Shown: positions 1-6,516 of the stretch, piece by piece
How the letters are laid out: the number at the start of each line of letters is the position of its first letter
Numbering within the stretch: position 1 is the stretch's first letter
Origin: Candidatus Thorarchaeota archaeon
GTDB lineage: Archaea; Asgardarchaeota; Thorarchaeia; Thorarchaeales; Thorarchaeaceae
Reading direction: 5' to 3'
Assembly (NCBI GenBank): GCA_048884785.1
Contig: JBHLQM010000064.1
Span: 1-19,935 of the forward strand
DNA: 19,935 nucleotides
The notes under the pieces: generated by a model
Database searches by the model: none
Told to the model about the DNA's origin: nothing
The model's input: only the letters and a program-made list of their open reading frames with translations
Made by a program: the position numbers and the translations under genes

Positions 1-18
1 CGGAATCGAAACACCAGC

Positions 19-25
19 TATAAAA
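19..25 (+). promoter_or_regulatory. Possible archaeal TATA box for the Lrp/AsnC gene
   Basis: TATAAAA at 19-25, about 40 nt upstream of the GTG at 64; supported by position and sequence only. Confidence 0.3.
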
Positions 26-63
26 GATGATATCAATAGGTAAGCTGATACATCTTCTGGCTA

Positions 64-987
64 GTGTTGGATTTGGATATCATTGACAAGTTTCTCTTAA
101 TTGCATTGGATGCCAATTGTCGAGCCTCATATGAAGCGCTATCTCGACAACTTAGTGTTAGTGCAAACGCAGTAAGAAAAAGAATTGTCAATCTGATTGA
201 TTCGAATGTGATTACCGACTTTGTGGTTCTTTTGTCCCCGGCAATGACAGGGGCTGAAATGGTCTTTCTTTTGATTCAGACAGATGGATGCGAAGATCCG
301 GAAGCAATCACCGACACAATTGGCAACCATCCCTTGGTTCTTCAGGTGACTAGAATTGCCAGCGCATGCAGAGGAACCTACATGGCTCTCGCAGAATATA
401 TCGAATCTCCGCAATTACTCGAGCTAAGCAGTTTCGTGAGGTCTGTTGAGTGTGTTGAATCTGTTGAGATACATCCATTACTGATAGATAAAGGAGGCCG
501 AATTGACTTTGCAAAAGCCCATTTGAAAATCCTTCGTGCCCTAAAAGACGACCCACGGATGCAGATTTCTGAGATTGCAAGAAAGACCAAATTATCCGCA
601 AGGAGTGCAAGACGTATACTTCAACAGTTGATAGATAGCCGTGCTCTGATTTTTGGGACACGCTGGGATTTAGCAGCTGGAGGCGGGATGAGGTTTTTCG
701 CACATATCCGCTACGACGAGCAGAAAATAAATTACTCAGAACTAGATGATCGACTTAGAGAGCAATACTCACTAGAATATTGGTACTCATATGTTTCTGC
801 AACTGAACCAGTTGTATTTGCCAATTTTGTCGTTGAGCATCTTCGTGATGCAAATCGTATCTCAAGTGAACTTGTGAGAATGCCATTTATTCGATCCGCG
901 ATACCATTGATTCAATATCCAACAAAGAAATACCCACGGATTGGCATGACAATGCTTGATGACATCTTAAAGGAAACTGAGCTATGA
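64..987 (+). CDS. Lrp/AsnC-family transcriptional regulator with two tandem wHTH+RAM-like units
   Basis: Two AsnC-type HTH motifs, DIIDKFLLIALDANCRASYEALSRQLSVSANAVRKRIVNLIDSNVI and AHLKILRALKDDPRMQISEIARKTKLSARSARRILQQLIDSRAL, each followed by a ~90 aa alpha/beta segment. Start is GTG 64 or TTG 67. Confidence 0.85.
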   Translation: MLDLDIIDKFLLIALDANCRASYEALSRQLSVSANAVRKRIVNLIDSNVITDFVVLLSPAMTGAEMVFLLIQTDGCEDPEAITDTIGNHPLVLQVTRIASACRGTYMALAEYIESPQLLELSSFVRSVECVESVEIHPLLIDKGGRIDFAKAHLKILRALKDDPRMQISEIARKTKLSARSARRILQQLIDSRALIFGTRWDLAAGGGMRFFAHIRYDEQKINYSELDDRLREQYSLEYWYSYVSATEPVVFANFVVEHLRDANRISSELVRMPFIRSAIPLIQYPTKKYPRIGMTMLDDILKETEL

Positions 988-1093
988 TCATCGCAGCTCT
1001 TTTGGGCCCTTGTATGTTGACTCTGCGGGTTCCTAGGCAAAGTAATAATTCATTTTGCCTCATATGATTCTCTTTAGGGGTGCAAGGCAGAGT

Positions 1094-1732
1094 ATGTCTA
1101 GTAAAGGGTCTGACATCAAGGCTAACGTGATTCATCTCAACAATGGTCCGATAATTCTCTCAAAGAAAGAATACTCGAAAATGGAAGAGATTGAATCCGA
1201 TTTTGATAATTTCAATTCAGTCCTTGGTCCTTGGACATGCAAGGAGATAGAATCATATTTTGCATCCGATTTTGGCGAGGAGCTCTTTTGGCCATTCGAA
1301 AAGTACGAGATTCGACAATTCATGGACTCATCGGATTGGATACTTCCAGAAACAAGTGGATTCAGAGCTTTAACGCCTTCTGCAATTGCTCTAAGATTCA
1401 ATGGATATATCAACTTCAGAAACATAGATGGACTACAGTCTATGATGACCGAGGACCACACTTTCATCGATTCTGCCAATGATGTTCATGCTGGCAAAGA
1501 AATGATGGTGACTGGATGGAAAGAATTCTTTGACACATATCCAGACTACAGAAATATTTTCACTAGGCTCTTTGAACGTGGCAATTTTGTTATCATACTG
1601 GGCTATTCAATGTGTTCCTATAGTCCACTAGATGGGCCTGCCATTTGGAGTGCAAGAATTCGTGATGGGAATCTTTCCGAATGGAGGGTATATCTAGATA
1701 CAAAAGAAAACCGGGCGCATTTACAGATATGA
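1094..1732 (+). CDS. Protein with an unassigned N-terminal domain and a C-terminal NTF2/SnoaL-like domain
   Basis: The C-terminal half (IALRFNGYINFRNIDGLQSMMTEDHTFIDS...GKEMMVTGWKEFFDTYPDY...ARIRDGNLSEWRVYLD) matches the SnoaL/NTF2 pattern. ATG 1094 preferred over the track's TTG 1055; start uncertain. Confidence 0.7.
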   Translation: MSSKGSDIKANVIHLNNGPIILSKKEYSKMEEIESDFDNFNSVLGPWTCKEIESYFASDFGEELFWPFEKYEIRQFMDSSDWILPETSGFRALTPSAIALRFNGYINFRNIDGLQSMMTEDHTFIDSANDVHAGKEMMVTGWKEFFDTYPDYRNIFTRLFERGNFVIILGYSMCSYSPLDGPAIWSARIRDGNLSEWRVYLDTKENRAHLQI

Positions 1733-1820
1733 TCTACCGGCTGAATATGCATTCTCAGCACTAAGCATAATCATCCAAGATATTAAGTACAACAAGCTAT
1801 CATTTGAAGGTGGGATTACT

Positions 1821-2030
1821 ATGACCTGCTATTTTAGGCATATTAACTGGATATTCGAAGATATGGGAATAGAAGTGACGAAGGAAAACAAGGCTGATAT
1901 CGACAAGAAAATCCATGGGCTTGTTGGAATAGAATACAAGAATTGCTCCTCTGCTTGGAAAGAGGTAAAGAGAAGATTGAGTGAAAATGAGCTTGGTTTT
2001 ATCGCCGATTTGAAGAAATTACTAAGCTAG
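1821..2030 (+). CDS. Small conserved hypothetical protein (69 aa, two Cys)
   Basis: ATG preceded by SD-like AAGGTGGG. MTCYFRH...GIEVTKENK.DID..IH..VG..YKNC...WKEVK resembles a small protein family I recall from anaerobic archaea; function unknown. Confidence 0.7.
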   Translation: MTCYFRHINWIFEDMGIEVTKENKADIDKKIHGLVGIEYKNCSSAWKEVKRRLSENELGFIADLKKLLS

Positions 2031-2050
2031 GACAACAATAATTTGAGAAG

Positions 2051-2076
2051 TGAGTTTCACTTCCTGATGAAACTCA
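2051..2076. terminator. Hairpin between convergent genes, probable bidirectional terminator
   Basis: Perfect 9-bp inverted repeat TGAGTTTCA (2051-2059) / TGAAACTCA (2068-2076) with an 8-nt loop, followed by TTTT on +, lying between the stops at 2030 (+) and 2091 (-). Confidence 0.6.
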
Positions 2077-2090
2077 TTTTCCTAGACAAA

Positions 2091-2981
2091 TTAATTCGGA
2101 ATTGAACTGGCTGGAGGCAGATTGTCCATCACAATCGGCGCTAGAATTACTACAGGGCAATCAGCTAACTCATAGAAGTCGTATGCATCAAAGATATTGC
2201 CTGTATAGCTTTTCCAGTGCATTGGAATCGCGAATTTAAGGTCAGAATTGATTTTCAAATCTTCAACTGCTTCCGCAGCTTCTTCAGCGCTCATTTCGGC
2301 ATATCCACTAACTGGAAGCAGGGCAATGTCTGCATCAATTTCCTTCAATTCAAGAATACGATCCGAATCAGATGCATCGAATATCCTAACACCTCCAATT
2401 TCCACAATTACACCAAAATCCTCTGTTTCTGGTGGATGTGCCCACAACCTCGATTCAACTATATTATACATTGGCACGAACTCAAAGGTCACACCTTCAA
2501 AAGAAAGAGTATCACCTGGTCTTGCAACATAGTCAGGAGTGTAATGTCTCTTGTTATCAGCTATATTGTTGAGATCTGCAACATCCGGAGATGCTATCGT
2601 AATTGTATCATTATCAGATACCTCCTGAATATCTCTTGGAGAACAATGAGTTAGATGAGCATGTGTGTTAATGATATAGCTCCCTGGTTCAAACTGAATA
2701 TCGAGATTCCATATCCAAAGAGGGTCTATGTATATGATAACATCTTGGTATTGGATTTTGAAACCGGCATATCGCAAATAAGTGATATTCACTGAGTTGT
2801 ATACTAATGATGATTGTAAATCCGGCCTAGATGGCTCGGTATTGGTAGTTGTCGTCGTTGTCTGCGTGGAGTTATTGTTCGTGTTGAGGTTAGGTAGGTA
2901 CGAGAGAGAAACTCCAAGGCCCACGAGAACGATAACGATTGCAATGACGCCGAGGGTTTTTGCATTACGGTTCATTGTCAT
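2091..2981 (-). CDS. Membrane-anchored or secreted MBL-fold metallo-hydrolase-like protein with altered metal motifs
   Basis: N-terminal hydrophobic helix LGVIAIVIVLVGLGVSL, N/T-rich linker, then MBL-fold motifs IYIDP, THAHLTH, WAHP, DASDSD, DIALLPV and IPMHW. Confidence 0.8.
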   Translation of the reverse strand: MTMNRNAKTLGVIAIVIVLVGLGVSLSYLPNLNTNNNSTQTTTTTTNTEPSRPDLQSSLVYNSVNITYLRYAGFKIQYQDVIIYIDPLWIWNLDIQFEPGSYIINTHAHLTHCSPRDIQEVSDNDTITIASPDVADLNNIADNKRHYTPDYVARPGDTLSFEGVTFEFVPMYNIVESRLWAHPPETEDFGVIVEIGGVRIFDASDSDRILELKEIDADIALLPVSGYAEMSAEEAAEAVEDLKINSDLKFAIPMHWKSYTGNIFDAYDFYELADCPVVILAPIVMDNLPPASSIPN

Positions 2982-3125
2982 GATTCTATATTCTCCATCA
3001 AATGCCTAGATTGGCAACAGGTTTCATCTAGATAGTATAAAATAGAGTTCTTTTTGGCGCAATGAACTCAATGCCGAATTACAAATCTCCGGTCTCTTCA
3101 AAGATGTGTGCAGTCAAATGCGCTA

Positions 3126-3160
3126 TAAGAAAAAGAGTGAAAGAGGGGGAAATCCCCTCT
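3126..3160 (-). terminator. Intrinsic terminator-like hairpin plus U-tract downstream of the Gfo/Idh/MocA gene
   Basis: 7-bp stem AGAGGGG/CCCCTCT (3142-3160), followed on the minus strand by TTCACTCTTTTTCTTA, about 15 nt after the stop at 3176. Confidence 0.65.
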
Positions 3161-3175
3161 ATACTAGCAATTCCA

Positions 3176-4234
3176 CTACATGAGATCTGTTACAATCTTG
3201 TTCGACCATTTTTGTGCAGCAATTGCATCTTTATAGGTACAGGCTGGTTTCTCATTACCAAGACAGGCTTGGACAAAGTTAGTGATTAGCTGTTTGTGAC
3301 CCCAAATAAGTGGGCCCTTCCCCTCTACCTGCCAATTCTCCTTATCATCATCCTTGCCAAATAGGGTTACGTCAAAGACTTCCCGGTTAATCCTTGGAAT
3401 CCAATCAACAAGAATAGTCTTGCCATTATTTCCATAAATCTCGAACCTACTGAGATCCAGACCCTTTGCGACTGTTGATCCAACCATTGTAGTACCGACA
3501 ACGCCATTGGAGAACTTTATGATCCCTACAGTCTGATACCCCTTGAAATCGCTAATCCCTTCAATAGGCATGTAATTAGCAGTCCATTCAACATTTTCAA
3601 CCTCAGCATTGAAAAACCAGCGGAACATATCCATTGACCATACCGACAGCGTATAATCTGGATACCCTCCAGCTTTCTCAATATCCCAAGCCCAGCCGCT
3701 TAGTGGCCACTGGCTTGCCAGATCTTCTGCAGCAATGAATTCTCTAAATGTAATTGCAATGGGTTTTCCAATTGCACCACTATCCAAGAGTTCCTTGGCC
3801 TTGAGATAACCTGGACAGAATCTGAAATTCAAGATGGGCATTAGAACCACACCCTTCTTTTCTGCAATTTTGCCTAGTTCTTCGGCATTCTTGAGTTTTG
3901 GTGCTATTGGCATCTCTAGATAGACATGTTTTCCTGCCTCAAGAGCTTCTTTGCCCATTGGATAATGGAATGGTGTAGGTGTAGCAACACATACCGCATC
4001 GACATCAGGGTCTTTGCAGACATCACTCCAATCATAATAGATTTTGAGTTCCTGATTGTCCTTCTTAGCTAATTTCTCCTTCATTTCAAGTGCATACTTT
4101 TCACTCTCTCTACCCTTCCTAGCTAAGAGACCATACAATCGAGAGTTTGGTGCTTTGCGGAAAGATGGGACATGAGCGGCGCCACCGACGAAACCCACTC
4201 CAGCGCAGACTGTATTCAAAACTTTCTCAGTCAT
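3176..4234 (-). CDS. Gfo/Idh/MocA-family NAD(P)-dependent oxidoreductase (atypical active-site motifs)
   Basis: Rossmann GVGFVG, DPDVDAVCVATPTPFH, ALEAGKHVYLEMP, NFRF.P and G.IG.P motifs. ATG 4234 with upstream GAGG preferred over 4294. Confidence 0.88.
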   Translation of the reverse strand: MTEKVLNTVCAGVGFVGGAAHVPSFRKAPNSRLYGLLARKGRESEKYALEMKEKLAKKDNQELKIYYDWSDVCKDPDVDAVCVATPTPFHYPMGKEALEAGKHVYLEMPIAPKLKNAEELGKIAEKKGVVLMPILNFRFCPGYLKAKELLDSGAIGKPIAITFREFIAAEDLASQWPLSGWAWDIEKAGGYPDYTLSVWSMDMFRWFFNAEVENVEWTANYMPIEGISDFKGYQTVGIIKFSNGVVGTTMVGSTVAKGLDLSRFEIYGNNGKTILVDWIPRINREVFDVTLFGKDDDKENWQVEGKGPLIWGHKQLITNFVQACLGNEKPACTYKDAIAAQKWSNKIVTDLM

Positions 4235-4503
4235 TTTGTTCCTCGCCTTTTGTTTTCTGTGATTGCCAAAGAGAAGTTCCTGTAGAATAATCATCAGCTG
4301 TGTATATGCCAGACTATCTGCAATTACGACCCTCTGGTTTCACTTTGCGAGTCAATTATGGAAAACATCCGCCTTTTAAGCCCTAGGGCAAGAAGTGAGC
4401 ATAATACATCAAATGGTTTCATTTTCGAACTTGAAAGCTAGCATAATTGCCGATTTCAGACATTTTTTTGTGCCCGCATTCGAATATCTATTCGGAAGCA
4501 AAC

Positions 4504-5175
4504 CTAGAGTGCTTTCATAGCTCTGCTGACAAGAAACCAGCTGATATCTCCGAGCTGTTCATGTGGAAGATAGAATATTGAGTTGCTGTCGTATAGCAAT
4601 CTAACGCTTGCTGGGAATTCTTCGTCGTCCTTTTCAAAAGCAATCAAGATTTTCACCTTTGGAAGGAATAGAAGCTCAAATGCAAACTCACCAAAGTCTA
4701 CTCTCTTAGCTCCCATTTTTTCCAAAGCCTTAAACAATCCTTCTCTGTTTTCGACGAAAGCCTGTGTCAGAGCGTTGACATTTTCCTCATCAAATGAATA
4801 TCTGCACGCCCAAGAACCACGCAATGCACCAAACTTTACCCATTCATTTCCAATTCCCTTGTCTTTCGCCCTCGAATAGTAATAGAGATGTGGAATTATT
4901 CTGCTAGTATGGAAAGCGTCCCCAGTGAACAAGTCCATTGTTTCACCCGTGAAGAGGTTCACTCTTAGGCCAAGAATATTAACATGGTCTTTGCCGACAC
5001 CAAGTCTATTTCTAAGAGTCTTGATATCTTCGCCAAAATTCTCCCAGCTCCACATTGCAGAGCTTGAATCAAACTCCTCGATATTGAACCTTGAAGCAAG
5101 CTCGCGCGAGAGGCTCATCCAGTACTCCAGAATGTCGTCAGCCATTGCAATTCGGTCCATGTTTCCATCTGACAC
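4504..5175 (-). CDS. DUF3786-like protein
   Basis: C-terminal signature LPKVKILIAFEKDDEEFPASVRLLYDSNSIFYLPHEQL, plus HLYYY..A and WVKF. Starts 13 nt after the upstream stop; start is GTG 5175 or ATG 5160. Confidence 0.7.
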   Translation of the reverse strand: MSDGNMDRIAMADDILEYWMSLSRELASRFNIEEFDSSSAMWSWENFGEDIKTLRNRLGVGKDHVNILGLRVNLFTGETMDLFTGDAFHTSRIIPHLYYYSRAKDKGIGNEWVKFGALRGSWACRYSFDEENVNALTQAFVENREGLFKALEKMGAKRVDFGEFAFELLFLPKVKILIAFEKDDEEFPASVRLLYDSNSIFYLPHEQLGDISWFLVSRAMKAL

Positions 5176-5188
5176 CTATCAGTCTTTC

Positions 5189-5980
5189 TCAATGACCTTT
5201 TTCTTTCTCTATCTGATTCCTGCAATCTTCAATTCCTGTTGCCTCGCAGACGGCATATCTTGCATTATAGCCTGCAACATGGAGAAGTGCATCTCCAACC
5301 TCGCGATCCTTTGCCATTGATGCAGTACAGGGATAGGAATGATGCGCTTTTGCAATCTCATCGAATAAAGCATCTGTGTCACTGATTGATTTTCCTCTTA
5401 TCTTTTGGCTGACGTACCATGTGCATCCGCAGGGAGCAGACCTGAGAGGGCCTATCTCTGCAATAAACTGCCCCTTCATATCGACAAAATGGACTGGACG
5501 ACCCAATTTGTAGGTCTCTATGAATTCATCTATCAGCTTTCCCTCACCTAGTTCAAGCGTGCAGAAAGGCTTGGGAAACGCCGATTCAACTCCCATCTTA
5601 TTCAGAGTTTCCCTCACTTGTTCTCTCAAACCAGGTGGTACCCATGATGGGTCTTCAATTGGAACGAGGACAGCTTTTGCGCCAGTTGCTTCGACTAGAA
5701 TGTCGATTGATGCCAATAGATCATGATGAATTGCAACTACAAGTAGGATGTCACACTCAGTTAGTCTAATGTCTTTGAAGTATTCTTCAGGATCCTCAAT
5801 TATCGTGGGTGAAACTGACTCAACTTTTTGCGCGCCAACAATATCTCCGACAAATGAACCATATGTCTTCCTACATTCAGAACAAACTGGCTCGCAGCCA
5901 GTGCAGAAATTCTTGAACGAGATTAGATTTCCCAACACTCGTTCTGCAAAGACATCGCCATATACTGCAGCAATTCGCAA
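5189..5980 (-). CDS. DUF166 (COG1810)-like protein with an N-terminal Cys cluster
   Basis: Motifs HHDL, FPKPFCTL, RSAPCGCTWYV and HHSYPCTASM..D, plus N-terminal CTGCEPVCSEC. TTG 5980 preceded by SD GGTGA; the track's extension to 6253 overlaps the opposite-strand gene. Confidence 0.75.
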   Translation of the reverse strand: MRIAAVYGDVFAERVLGNLISFKNFCTGCEPVCSECRKTYGSFVGDIVGAQKVESVSPTIIEDPEEYFKDIRLTECDILLVVAIHHDLLASIDILVEATGAKAVLVPIEDPSWVPPGLREQVRETLNKMGVESAFPKPFCTLELGEGKLIDEFIETYKLGRPVHFVDMKGQFIAEIGPLRSAPCGCTWYVSQKIRGKSISDTDALFDEIAKAHHSYPCTASMAKDREVGDALLHVAGYNARYAVCEATGIEDCRNQIEKEKGH

Positions 5981-6120
5981 GACAATCACCCATAAAGTGT
6001 CAGGATGGTCGCATAACACTAAAAAAGGGTGATGTTTGCGGCTCAGAACCACAACAGAAATGTAATATGGACTACCCAATGAAACGGTGTAGAAAAACTG
6101 GGTACTAGGATGGCAAGAAT

Positions 6121-6516
6121 ATGGCCCTAGGCGACTTTCTCTTTCCGCACATCGAGGTGGAGCTAGTGATTGCTCATTCGTTTGAAGCCGATATAGCCGG
6201 GACTGGCGACAAGCTCTCTCAAGGCTACATGGATGTCGCCGCTCGTGTTGCACTAAATAAAGGTGATTTGCAGAAACTTGGATTACAGGACGGGAAGCAT
6301 GTCATACTAAAATCAAAAGCAGGTGCTGTTGTAGTCGCTGCCTTTGGAAGTGAAAAGGTTGCAGAGGGGTTGGCAGTGATGCCTCATGGACCATGGGCTT
6401 TGGCACTCGTTGCAGTACCCTCAGATGATTCTCCTCCAGTGCTTCATGGAGTTACAATTGCAGCCACTCGTACCAATGATGAGATCACTCGTCCGGAATC
6501 TCTTCTTGCTCCCTGA
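6121..6516 (+). CDS. FwdD/FmdD-like molybdopterin-dinucleotide-binding (double-psi barrel) protein, degenerate
   Basis: ARVALNKGDLQKLGLQDGKHVILKSKAGAVVV...EGLAVMPHGPWA follows the FwdD pattern (MNPEDM..LG...GD.V.V.S..G.VVV...G.V.IP.GPWAN); length is 131 aa. Confidence 0.75.
   Translation: MALGDFLFPHIEVELVIAHSFEADIAGTGDKLSQGYMDVAARVALNKGDLQKLGLQDGKHVILKSKAGAVVVAAFGSEKVAEGLAVMPHGPWALALVAVPSDDSPPVLHGVTIAATRTNDEITRPESLLAP

Noticed and set aside
1740-1759. Imperfect inverted repeat GCTGAATATGCATTCTCAGC after the SnoaL-domain gene
   Set aside because: Short bulged stem with no U-tract; could be chance.
2840-2886. Low-complexity GTT/GTC triplet run
   Set aside because: It encodes the Thr/Asn linker of the MBL-fold protein; not a CRISPR or independent repeat.
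3062-3289. 75-aa + strand ORF
   Set aside because: It overlaps the terminator hairpin and the 3' end of the Gfo/Idh/MocA gene in antisense; no supporting motif.
4476-4499. Imperfect hairpin GCATTCGAATATCTATTCGGAAGC just after the DUF3786 stop
   Set aside because: It has a 2-nt loop and mismatches, and the nearby T-tract is on the wrong strand for terminating the minus-strand gene.
5189-5980. Thymidylate synthase label for the DUF166-like gene
   Set aside because: No ThyA (PCH) or ThyX (RHRxxSxxxxSxR) motif is present, so the label is not supported by this sequence.
5981-6253. N-terminal extension of the 354-aa ORF 5189..6253
   Set aside because: It overlaps the fwdD-like gene on the other strand; family similarity and an SD point to TTG 5980 as the start.
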